NCBI RefSeq assembly: GCF_033153115.1 | Contig: NW_026889751.1 | Location: 2,108,001 to 2,172,000, forward strand | Origin: Saccostrea echinata | Taxonomy: Eukaryota | Length of the DNA: 64,000 nucleotides | Reading direction: 5' to 3' | Part shown: one piece after another, positions 26,901 to 39,086 of the stretch | Numbering within the stretch: position 1 is the first letter of the stretch | Layout: the number at the start of each line of letters is the position of its first letter | Program-made: the position numbers and the translations under genes | The notes under the pieces: generated by a model | What the model was told of the DNA's origin: nothing | The model's input: the letters and a program-made list of their open reading frames with translations, nothing else | Database searches by the model: none

Positions 26901-27244
26901 TATACAGCCATTTTTTCTTTGTTCTATGCATCGTTTCCTCACTTGGTAAGGTGACACATTTGACGGTTGTCTCTCCAGTCGTCAAGAGAACAAGCTTGGC
27001 CATCAAATGTTGTGTGTATAGCATAGAGTCATTACAAATACCATGACCATCGGTATAAAAGCATAAAGATGTCCAGTACCTGACCAATCAGATTTCTAAA
27101 AGCGATGACACATACGGATCAACTATTAGTATATTGCCATTTGTCTTCTCGATGTATTAAAACAATGGGATGTTTAGAATGCGCACGTGAAATACACAGA
27201 TAGTTTTGATTCTTATCAAAAAGTTTCTGACTGTGCTGAAAACA

Positions 27245-30200
27245 ATGGATATTTTAAAAATTCTTTTTGTGACTGTAATGTTATCTTGTGTTTGTGACGG
27301 AACTTATTTCTTCAAACCCAAGAAAATATTTTTGCCTCCGATTGAAAAACATCATCATCACCATCATCATCATCATATTCATCCCCATCCTCACCCTCCT
27401 CATCCTCACCCTCCTAAGCATCCTCCTCATTCCCACTTTCCTCACAATCATCATCACCCTCACGGAATGGAGGACCACGGATTTTTCCATAAATTTCACA
27501 AGCCAAAATTCATCCATCACAGAATTCGTCCACTTCCAAAGCCAGTGATGTACAAGACTTTCCTTATTCGGAAATACAGCTTGCCACCAGATTTTCATGT
27601 GCATATTTCGTTGAATAAGAAAATATACGGACACTCTCATGGACCTTTTAAACCACACACCCATTATCCGAAAAATCCTACGTTGATGATGCACCAAAGT
27701 AAAATGAAGAAAATATATCGACCGAAACAATTTCCACACAAATATGGACAATATCCTGTGAAAAACATTTTGACATACGGAACTAGAGGAAAAGTTCCAC
27801 GATTTCCGGAATCGGGTATGCAGATACAAACCAATATGTTTCTTCCCACAGGAATTCTACATCCACCTACCACCAGGCCCTCAAAGAAGCCAAGAATAAG
27901 TAAATATGAACTATGGCTGAGGAAAATTAATGATTGGATGATAAGAAAACAGAATACCGCGAAGGGAATTCCTGTAAAAATAAAGCGCAAACGGATTTTT
28001 AATAAAATACATACGAATATTCCTAATCCACCTCAACGACTAAACATTCCTGAACCTCGGCCACGTAAAAAAGATGATGGTATTATTGCTAATTTTGTGT
28101 TTGTGAAACCACCTTTTATCAGTAAGAGTGAGGATCCAGTAGGTCAGGGGATCCCCGTTTCTGAAAAGCCTAAGCCTTCAACAACTAACAAAAAAAGGAT
28201 TACTCCAAAGCCAGAAACCGTTAAGTTGCGCCCTAAAGCCCCAGTTATGGGCATTCCTATTAGCCTGGATAATATAGGCCCACCATTTGATATTACTGAA
28301 GTTAATGATCTTCCTACGGGTGGCCTACCCCCACCTATTGAAATTATTCATGAACCAATCCCTGGTAGTACCGGCGGTGTCAATAAAGTCGATGTAGGGC
28401 TTCCTATAGGTTTGACTCCAGGACCATTTGGGTCAGATTCTGTCACACCACCCAGTATTATAGTGGATGGCCTCCCAACTGAACAGAATGTGAATAGCAT
28501 TGTTCCGCTTCCCGGAAACATTAACGAAATGTTGACGGATGTAGCTGATTTGTCTGAATTTCCAAATTTAGACCTCAGTAATGAGCCATTGATAATTGAA
28601 CCTTTTGGTCCAATGCCACCTGATAGTCAGTCTCCCCTGCCGCTGGACATACAACCTTTTCCATGGGACCCCTCTCAGATACCCTTCCCACCGGAAGTAA
28701 TTCCTCGTATATCAAATAAGGAAAAGGAGCCATATGTTATGAGACCACTGGAACCTATTGTTAAGATAATTGGCCGAGATAGCATAAAACGTAAAAACGA
28801 CACTATATTTGTACCTAAACCAATATCTGATCCAAAATATAACGAAACAGAACAGGTCAATGAATCGCCTTACAGTGTATTTACTGAGGGTCCAGTGGAA
28901 CCTTCAACACAAACAACAAAAACAACAATGCCGTCGATTCCTTTACATAGAATTAAAGGTGATCCTAGTGCAACAGCAGTCTTCACAACACAAAAACCAT
29001 CAGTAACTTACCAAACAACAACAATGACCCTACCTCCTTTATCAATTATGGAGTTAAGAGATTTTGAACACCCAACTTCTGCTACGGATGTCACAACACA
29101 GACAACAACAACAGAATTAGAAACAACATCGACAACAATGACAACTAACAGTATTCCGTCAACAGACCCTGCAATCATTGTGAATAGAACAACTGGCGAC
29201 GGTCAGAATAATATGGATATGGTAGATCAAAAAATAGGAAAAGAACAGAAGAATGAATCAGCCTTCTTTAAGTATAGACCTCAGGAAATAAACATATCAT
29301 TTCCCTACCTAATATTTGATAATCCAACGACTACTACATCAGCATCAAAGACTCCAAAATCTGACACTGTAACAAGAACTAGTACAGTGACCACAACAAC
29401 AGTGGCAACAACACTAATTACAAAAACAACTACTATGGATACGGAAATAGTAACTTTAAAGACGAATGCTAGCATGCCTCAATCAACAACAAACCTGTAT
29501 AAGGATACACCACGTGTGCCAACATTAACGACAACAATACCTGCACCTGTGGCTGTTGACCAGATAAATGAGGAAATAATTTTGGATTTTATGACAAATA
29601 AACAGCTTATATCGTCAAGATCCGACGTTGCGATTGATGACTCAACTCCAGATAAAGAAACAACAACGCAAGTAAGTAGTACATCAAAAATAGGCGAATC
29701 TACAATCATATGGCCCACAACGATGAAAGAAACAACACCGACAACAACAACAACAACTAATGCATTACCTAATACAACAACACGAATCCTAACAAGTCTG
29801 AAACCAAGCACAAAAACTGAGACAACTGAGACTCCAGAACTAGCGGAGGTTATTATGGCATCTTCAACAGCACAGCCACTAACAACAGCAAAAACAACAA
29901 CAACAATACTAAATACACCTGAAACAACAGGCATACCGACAACTACAGATAATTACTATTCACACACAGAGACCCCGGTGTATGACTATGTTACAGGCCC
30001 TTACGACTGGTTTTTCAACGAGACAGATAATACCACGTATTTATATTATGATGAGTTTATGAACATGACAACACACCAAACAACTGAAGTAGTCCTGGAA
30101 AGCACAACATCACCAACAACTGAAAGACCAGTAACTCCAACAATGAAAACAACACAAACGACACCAATATTGGTTTCTTCCGGATTTTTATCAAGTAACA

Positions 30201-31825
30201 AACCTACCACAGCAATGATGGATTTTAGAAGCACAAAGCAGACAACACTTAAACCATCAACCCAAACAACAGAGCCGGTGTACACCTCGACACTAATTTC
30301 TACCGAACAGGCAACAACTACAACTACACAGCCACCTGAACAGACATCATTAAGAGAAGATAAAACAACAACTCCAGTAGTAGTAACAACAACCTCCCCA
30401 ACAGTGACAAGCACCCAGAAACCTCCTGTCACTACGGCAACTCCAGCTTCAACTACAACCGAGGGACTAAAAATCTGCCAAGAAACGTAATAAAGATTAT
30501 AATAAATCATCATGTATTCATAGACATTTTTTTTTAAAATTTAAACATTCTATTATGTTCCTTTTTAAACATTTAAAAAATATATATTTTGCAGATATTG
30601 TAAAATCGGTCAGGAATGTACCGAAAACAATACATGGCTGTGTCCCACTGATGTAGCCGGAACTAACTGCCACTGTACCCAGGGCTGTAGAGTAGGAAAC
30701 ATGTTTATTCCGCTTGGCGAATCCTATCACTTAGACGAATGTGGAAGTGTGTGTTCTTGCTTCAACCTTTATGGAAAGGTATATGAATGTATTGTTTTTA
30801 TCTTTCGAATTACATTTTAAAAAGATTGAAGGTAGGCTAGTCATTTTATTGTGGAGCATTAGCTGTATTTTGTGTTTTTATCATTGATTAAATATTTGAA
30901 TGTTTTTTTTTTTGCTCTCTACCTCAAGGCTGAGTGCCACAGACTCCGATGCACTAACAGAACTGTAGCAGATCCTGTAAAGAAGCAGACAAACTACACC
31001 GGCATATCTATAGGCGGTGTGATATACATTCCTGTACAACGGGTCCAAATCCCGAAAAATAAGTCGAACACTCCTGGTGATGACGAATATACGTATGGGA
31101 TTTCGATTGGTGGCGTGATTTACATACCAAAAAGAAATCATACGAACTCTGAACTCGATAAAAATAACGACTGGACGTCGGGAATATCACTAGGTGGGGT
31201 CATCTATGTACCCTCCCGCGAATACACAAATGAACAAAATGGCAAAACTGATTATGAAAATGTGGTTGAAGGCAATTCCTCTTGGACAAAAGGAATAACT
31301 ATTGGGGGCATTATATATGTTCCAGTGCACAAAAGAAAAAAGACCTTTCAAGAAAAGAATCGAGAATTTGAAAAGATATATGACAAGACAAATTTTGCTG
31401 ATGCCGATGTTATACCTGTTAAAACACCATATGGAACCACAAGGGGAATAACTATTGGAGGTGTTATTTACATACCGAACAAAAACAATAACGAGCCTGT
31501 CCATTTTCTTGGTGAAAGCGAAATACAACGTAAAGAGGAGAAAAACCAGACCTCGCCCATAGAAGTGGAATATCCGGTGGGCTGGACAAATGGCATATCA
31601 ATCGGGGGAATCATTTACGTGCCCGTCCGACAACGCAAGAAGGTTGTACACAACCCTACTTATCAAATACCAGACATTCAAACCAAAAACTACACTAAAA
31701 ATGACTTTCCTTATTTGACCAAAACGGCTGGAATTCATATTGGAGGTATAATTAATGTTCCGATTGCGAAAAGATCGTCTATAAAATCTATAAAAATAAA
31801 AAAGATGAACCCGGCTTTTGGATAA
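27245..31825 (+). CDS. Cluster gene C: secreted ~1440 aa His/Lys/Pro-rich, Thr-mucin-like protein with 12-Cys module and GISIGGVIYIP-repeat tail
   Basis: Exons 27245-30486, 30595-30778, 30929-31825 (phases 2,0). Signal MDILKILFVTVMLSCVCDG. Module: CQETYCKIGQECTENNTWLCPTDVAGTNCHCTQGCRVGNMFIPLGESYHLDECGSVCSCFNLYGKAECHRLRC, followed by a ~290 aa tail. AATAAA near 31975. Confidence 0.93.
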
Positions 31826-33775
31826 ATTATAACAAAAACTTACGTACTCCATTCTTCTCTATGCTACAAACTTCACCGTGACGAGGCACACAGTCCCATT
31901 TGTATGTTATTTATTTTGATGTTTTATTATTTTGTCGTGTTCTGTTTTTGTCATGCTTTTTGAAATCCTTTTATAATAAAACGTTTTAAAATTCAAATTT
32001 TTAAAAATCTGTTCATTTAATGACTAACTCAGAGGTTTCCAGGAGGAATTGCTTGGCCATCTTGAAGTCCCCTAACGTAAAGCAGGATGAAGACCTTATC
32101 ACTTCTTTATACAAAAAGAGCATATTAAAGCTATATATGGTGTATCTGAGCTAAAAAAATAACAACAGGAGATTGAGTGTAGATAAACATGAAATACATG
32201 TATGTTATTTACGTTCAAATTAAAATTTTCACCGATTTGAACTTGAATAACCTCATGTTTCCATAGTTAAATTGACTTTAAACAGTGTCTGTTATTTAAA
32301 TGCGGAGTCAGTAAATAATTTGGATATTGTTTAAAATTTCTAATATCTTTGAAACGTGATTGATTTAAATTGTGTAATTTACAGGAAAGTCCTATCTTTA
32401 TATAAAGTAATAAAACAAATAGAAATCTTTTTAATTTTAGTTAGTCTGAACATAAAAATTACGCCATATATGACTTTAAATGTTCTGCATGTTCTAACGG
32501 ATATATGTAATCAATATTTTGACATAGGTTCCATCTCCATTGCTTTGCCTATTCTGTCACGTGCCTGGACGCCTACACCAATATATCTGATTTTCTTTTT
32601 ATCTATAGGCCTAAACATCTATCAGTATTTTTTAAATACCAGTATTGTCTGTTATACGACCATGTTTTATAATATTATTCATAACTTTCATTATTTTTAT
32701 ATATATATTTCAATCATTGCACTGTCAACTTAATTTTCGTTATGGCATCACCGATCATTTATGTACCAACCGGTGGACGTAGGAATACATTTTCTGTCAC
32801 TTGTCTTCACAGTCACATTGTTCGACACGAGTTAACTCCGAGGTCAAGTTTTTCAGCAGGGGTCCAACTTTTAATACAAATCTAATTTGAGTAAAAGAGC
32901 ATTTTTTTCGTAAATGTTGATGATTTTTCTAATTTCTGCTGTAAACACTTCTGTCTTTTCCATCATTAGTCATGAATGTCTATAGGTCTTACATGTAACG
33001 TTGTATTTCCGAGACAAATTAGTTTCTGAATTTTCCCTCCAAATTCGAGTATTTCTTTACCAGACAGTAGCTAGTTTTTTTGAGTTGAAAAAAAAATACG
33101 CGTAAACTTTAGAAATTAACTAGTTTTATGAAAATTATGGACTTGCTCATTTTAGTGTATTTGAGGGAGGGGAGGGGGGTGATTTGACCCGGAACTTGAT
33201 TTTTAAGCACTTGCTCTACTTCGACCGAAATAAATACGCGCCTTTTTGGATGCTTATTATAGTTGCATAACTAGGTTTATGGGAAAGAAAATTCGGACAG
33301 ATATATCGGGTCTGTCCGCATTTTCCTTCCCAGAGCTACGTTCTGCAGCTAGATGCCTATGAGATTTTGGTACTGAAATATATTCCAAAAGAATTGCTTT
33401 ACAATATCTGAAAAGGAAAAGAATACCCCGGTATGTTTTGGTTTTATCGCTGCCATTTTTATTAGGAATATTGCTTAAAATAATTTTACAAAATAATGAA
33501 AAATATTTTTTGTTACGAAAAGATTGTAGGTCGATCACTAAAATGTTTTTCTTAAATGAAAATTTTATTTTTTATATCAAAATATTGAAATGCTAGGGTG
33601 AATTACACCAAAAGTAAATTATACACTTCAAATGAATGAAAAAAGAGAGATTGGGATACATGAATATATAATCCACAGATGGAGAAATGTGAACCGTTAC
33701 ATGTATATCACTTTCTTGATTATCTTGTCTCCTCGTATGTCAATACTGCGCTATCTCCTAGATATACTTTCCATT

Positions 33776-34018
33776 GGGCCAACTTTAAAATAATGTTTGT
33801 TTGCCCTCTCCCGACTCAGGATGAAAAAATTGGGTCGGTAGGTAGGTGACAAATTTTTTCCCCCCAGAAAATTTCAACATCAATGCTGAATTTTCAAAAT
33901 CTATTTTCCGGAATGCATAAAAAAATTGCTTCCTGGAGGTTAAAAAAGTTTAAGTCGGGCCGTTTTTAGCCAGTCGGTCGGGAGAGGGCAACCAAACATT
34001 TTTTTTTTAAGATGGCCT
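33776..34018. mobile_element. MITE
   Basis: TIR GGCCAACTTTAAAATAATGTTTGTTTGCCCTCTCCCGAC / GTCGGGAGAGGGCAACCAAACATTTTTTTTTAAGATGGCC. Confidence 0.72.
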
Positions 34019-34853
34019 TGGTTGTTTTGGGGGTAGTTACGCCAGAGTTTCTGAGTAGTTGCTGAACAAAAATAAAATGTTTTTAGGGTTGACTAAGCGT
34101 GCGCAATTTTAATTAGACGATATTAATTCATCAAACGTGATTCCTATTCCTGTCGTGAGAAAATTCTTCCTATAAACGATATTATTTCTGGGCTTCGAAT
34201 GCTAAATGTGATTTAAATTCAAAATATGTGGTCTCTCTTGTCAGTCTTGACCAAATTCAAAGGTTGTAGATTAGAATGAGTTCCAACTAAGAATTGCAGT
34301 ATATTTAATCCGCCGATTTTGTTTATAGCGGTGAAAAAGTTGAAATACCTTTTTTGTTTATCATGTTTCCACCTTACAAGTCAATACAACGCTATTTCCA
34401 AGCTATACTTCCGTGGATAAACTTAAAGTCTCTATGTAATCTCGCTATATAGTCTTGCCAGGGTTACTGAAAACTCTTCGGATATTACAATTTGCTGAAC
34501 ACCGAAAAATATGTTTTTGATAATATTTGGAGGGGTGAATCTGGTAACAAAACACATACTACTAGTCATCTAGCAAGCTATAGAATTTTGTTTTCGTCCA
34601 AGTGAAGAGATGCTTGACAAACAAATGCACTGAAGCTCTCACTGCTTCTTCCTTATGGACCTTCTATACACCTTTTAAAACGTTTTTCGAACATTGAGAC
34701 AATTACATCGAGTAAAAGTTTAAATATTGAGCATATACAATTCATTTTCAGCAAAGAGAAATCAGTTAATTACCTCATTCCGGGAAAGATCTTTAAAGTC
34801 AAGAAATTACTGATGAACAGAAATCTATGTTGCAATGGGGAAAATGACATGCA

Positions 34854-35886
34854 AAACAAGATATGTTTGTGAAACACTGATGCCCCCTTATGGCAACTTA
34901 TAGCGAAGGTTTAACTTTCTCAAATGCAAATCAAATATGCTGGTACCCAAAGTAAAGGTCTTGTACCGAGGAATATACCTGTGAAATGTGAAAGCCCTAG
35001 CAGCAACCATTGAAAAGATATGGAAAAGGTTAAAGTTTTTCAAAAGTAAGTCAAACATCAAGGTCAAGGTCAAATGGTCAAAATTAATGGTGCCCAAGGA
35101 AAGGCCTTCTCAAAATAAATATACATGTGAAATATGAAAGCCCTAGCAATGACCGTTTAAAAGATATGGCCAAGGTTAAAGTTTTTCAAAAGTAGGTCAA
35201 ACTCCAAGGTCAATGGGCTATAATTGTTGGTATCTAAAGGAAGAACTTGTCACAAGAATTACACATGTGAAAAATGAAAGCCCTTGCACCAACTGTTCAA
35301 AAGTTGTGGCCAAGGTTAAAGTTTTCCAAAAGTAGGTCAAACTCCAAGGTGAAGGTCAAAGGGTCAAAAGTGTTGGTATCCAAAGGAAGGTCTTGTTACA
35401 AGGATTACATATATGAAGAATGAAAGCCCTAGCACCAACTGTTCAAAAGTTATGGCTAAGATTAAAGTTTTCCAAAGGTAGGTCAAAGGGTCAAAGTTGT
35501 TGTTATCCAAATTAAGGTCTTGTCACAAGGATTACATATGTGAAAAATGAAAGCCCTAGCACCTACCGTTCAAAATATATGGCTAATGTTAAAGTTTTTC
35601 AAAAGTTGGTCAAACTCGTAGGTAAAGGTTAAAGGGTCAAAGTTGTTGGTATCCAAAGAAAGGTCTTGTCACAAGGATTACACATGTGAAGTATGAAAGC
35701 CCTAGCACCAGCCGTTCAAAAGTTATGGCCAATGTTAAAGTTTTACAAAAGTACGTCAAACTCCAAGGTCAAGGGGTCAAAGTTGTTGGTATCCAAAGCA
35801 AGGTCTTGTCACAAGGATTACATATGCTAAGTATGAAAGCCTTAGCACCAACCGTTCAAAAGTTATGGCCAATGTTAAAGTTTTTC

Positions 35887-35917
<31 letters not shown>

Positions 35918-36243
35918 AGGTCAAATATGGTGGTACCCAAAGAAAGGTCTTGTCACAAGGAATAAACAGCCCTAGTACCAATCGTTCAAATGTTATGGCC
36001 AAGGTTAAAGTGGAAAAATTTTGCAAAGCTGGGTCAAACTCCAAGGTCAAGGTAAAAAGGTCAAATATGGTGGTACCCGAAGAAAGGTCTTGTCACAAAG
36101 AATACACATGTGAAATATGAAAGCCATAGCTCCAACCAATCAAAAGTTATGGGCAATGTTAAAGTTTTTGCGGACAGACAGACAGACGGACGGACAGGGC
36201 AAAAACTATAAACTCCCGAATCTTCGATACGGGGGCATAAAAA
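34854..36243 (+). repeat. Helentron-type non-autonomous element (HINE-like) carrying ~9 tandem satellite units of ~127-154 bp
   Basis: The AAAGCCCTAG marker recurs at 34991, 35137, 35277, 35423, 35550, 35696, 35836, ~35966 and 36120. The 5' ATGCCCC and 3' GGGGCAT form sub-terminal inverted repeats; a GACA/GACG microsatellite and the hairpin CCCG...CGGG lie at the 3' end. This matches the layout known for oyster satellite-bearing Helentron elements. Confidence 0.85.
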
Positions 36244-37525
36244 GTCTTCAATTAATTTATCTTGACCTAACAAAATCCTTTGAATTCTTATAATGATTAC
36301 AAATTTACTATATAATACACTGTATGTTTCAATTAATATTATATGAGAATTAAGAGTAGTCCACTCTAACTGCATTAAAATACCACAATATTATAGAGTT
36401 CTTTGGTGTACAATATATATAGAGAATTCTACAGAAAAACAAAATTTAACATGTGCCAATTCTATAAATATTGCAAAATGTACAAAACTTAGATTTGTTT
36501 TATTTCAAAGATTTTCAATCGTTATTTAGTTCGAAAATCAATTATTTACGTATCGACCTTGAACCTTGAGATATGATCTGCAGACACAGACGCTGGAAAG
36601 ACGTAGGTATGTTTTTAATTTTTTTTTTAAAATCCAAATCTCTTTTGACCAAACAGCAGTTTTATGTTTCCATTCTGAAAGATTTTACATTTTGATTAAA
36701 ATAACATTCGCAGGTTTGTTAGTAATGACTGCACCAGTCCTGTGCTTAATGCATACTTTTTACAGTGATTTTGATTCAAATTAAAGATTTTCAAACTTAT
36801 TACATCTTGAATTAAGTTTTAAAATGTATCACGTGATTTATAGCTCCTAACAATTGAGGAATTTGGAACATAATCATTGATAAAATAGTAAGTAGTTTAT
36901 AACCAAGTGATGGTCCTCATTCACGAGAATACGCAAATACCTGTCACTGAGAGATAAGACTATTCCTTGCCAAATACTTGCGTATCAAAATTATATTACC
37001 GATGAAGAAAAAAAAGTGTCTATTAAACGTTAGATTTCGAAAAGTAAAAATGAATTGTATTGGTTCAATACATTGAACTCTTACAATATCTTCTGATAAA
37101 AGATAATAATCCTAATCCTTTTTTTATCATTTATCGCATACCTAGCATTCTAAGTTAATGGTCATCATGACTCATTATTTCATTTTGTCATTGATAATGG
37201 TCACATTCTATAATATATTGTCACCTTTTATTGCTGTGCACGAGTAATGCAACCGTTCTTGCTTAATTGATCCACGGTCCACTGGTCAACGTGCGTTGTC
37301 CTGACTGTCCACTAAACGATGCAAATACGTCATGGGTCTTTAGGGTCAGTTCTAGTATTAAAAATCCATTAAATGATTGTATTAGTATCCTGTGAATGAC
37401 AAAACTTGTGAGTTTCATTCATGAGGAAATGTTTCCATTCATGAAAGATAGTGGTTCAATGACGTGTGCTTCCTGGAGGTGTCAAATGCGTAAACATACC
37501 GTAAACATGTGTAGTTTGTCTTGGA

Positions 37526-37532
37526 TATAAAA
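37526..37532 (+). promoter_or_regulatory. Candidate TATA box of gene D
   Basis: TATAAAA about 115 bp upstream of the ATG at 37642; weak evidence given the AT-rich background. Confidence 0.4.
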
Positions 37533-37641
37533 GAAGACAATACTTAAAAGCAGGCATAATTGAGTAAGAATAACAACTACATTCATCGTATCATTTAACC
37601 TTATAACCTTTAGGATAAGCTATTTATTACTAAAAAGAACC

Positions 37642-39086
37642 ATGCAATTTCTAATCCTATTTCTCTTCTTTCTACAAATTGCCAGCGGAGTTATATTTCC
37701 TATTCGTCGCCCTGTTCGGGTCAGAGGTGATATAACGATGAGAAGGCCCCGGTTTCTACGATTTCCAATGAGATTTATTCCACTAGTCGGCAGAGTTTTC
37801 AGGAGCAGACGACTAATGCCAAACTCACATATTCACATACCACTCAATGGAAGACAATTCGAACACTCTCATGGCTTCAGTGATGTTGGTCATTCACATG
37901 ACACAGGGTTTCCTTCGGGGGTCTACCCTGAAAACGGAGTCGGATGGAATGTGCCAGATGAATGGAGAGATGCCAACACCTGGTCAATGTTTGATAAGGT
38001 CAATCCAGATTCTGTTCTTGTACGCAATAATGACCTTCCGATCAGTACACCAGACTTCGCTGGTCCCAGCGTCCCACTATTTCCTGATAACATCATACCA
38101 TCTGATGTTGAGGTCCCAATGGTTACATCAGAATTTCTACCAACTTCCGACAAACGAGAAGAACCCGTGGTTACAAGACCATTAACTCCTATAACAGATA
38201 AAATTGATGGTTCCTCACTACCAGGTATTTTTGTGAATAGAGATAATATTAATTCGACTGACACGAACAGAACTCAAGGGAATATAGAAAATAATACCAA
38301 CACAGACCTGGTCCAAGGTTCCAATACAACAACTGAAACGAAGGGACATGAGAGTACAAAGACCAATGAACCATCCTGTCATAAAACGTAAGTAGATAAG
38401 AAAAGTGTCATGACTATTTTTATAATGATTTCAAATTTTTCAATTAAGTATAAACTTAGTATCACTTAATTTCACATATTAACTTGAAATTTTACAGCAT
38501 AATTGATCACCTTTTACCACAACTTTCTTTCTTTATAGGGGTTGCATGACAGGTCACGAATGTGTCTTTTCTGGTTCCCACATTTGTCCCATATACATAC
38601 CGGAAGTCGACTGCAAGTGCAGAGCAGGTTGCAGAGTTGACTATACATTTATACCATACGGCACAACCGTCACCATGGATTCATGTGGAAACACATGCTC
38701 TTGTTTTAATATGTATGGAGCAGTAAGTATATTATTTGTTTCTCTGGGCTCAAAGAAGTATCCTCAATATATTGTACATCATACAGTATCATTTTGTTAC
38801 ATTATCGTGAAAATAACTACATTTATTTCTCTTTATTTCACAGCCAACCTGTTCAAATATATCTTGCAAAGCTAACTCCCAGAAATTATTACCTTCTGGT
38901 CCAACTATCACACCAAAAGAAAACGACATTTTACCAGCCAACATTTCAACACCACAGAATCCGTTACCGACTCCGGTCAACTTGGACGTCACCACGAAAG
39001 CTAAGCTGGAAAATAGCAAAAGAAAGGACAGCATCCTAATGAATTTCCCAGTGATTCCGATTGTCAGAGATACTCAGAAAAGTTAA
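37642..39086 (+). CDS. Cluster gene D: secreted ~390 aa Arg/His-rich then acidic Pro-rich protein with 12-Cys module and short tail
   Basis: Exons 37642-38387, 38539-38722, 38844-39086 (phases 2,0). Signal MQFLILFLFFLQIASG. Module: CHKTGCMTGHECVFSGSHICPIYIPEVDCKCRAGCRVDYTFIPYGTTVTMDSCGNTCSCFNMYGAPTCSNISC, then KANSQKLLPSGPTIT...DTQKS*. AATAAA near 39192. Confidence 0.93.

Noticed and set aside
27206-27244. Upstream non-ATG ORF starts (also 43848-43964, 50954, 53836)
   Set aside because: Non-ATG starts from the ORF caller; ATG 27245 and ATG 43965 directly begin signal peptides, and the other two lie at splice acceptors of internal exons.
30872-31825. 317-aa ORF as a separate gene with a hydrophobic start
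   Set aside because: Non-ATG start, and the 'hydrophobic leader' is the intron polypyrimidine tract. From 30929 it supplies C11 and C12 of the gene C module.
35686-36375. ORFs such as MKYESPSTSRSKVMANVKV (144 aa)
   Set aside because: Derived from the satellite units of the HINE-like element.
31900-37600. A seventh paralog or pseudogene in the spacers (also 24.0-27.2 kb and 39.2-41.9 kb)
   Set aside because: No FIPxG...DxCG-type exon found by eye; a tBLASTn with the module would be needed to exclude decayed copies.
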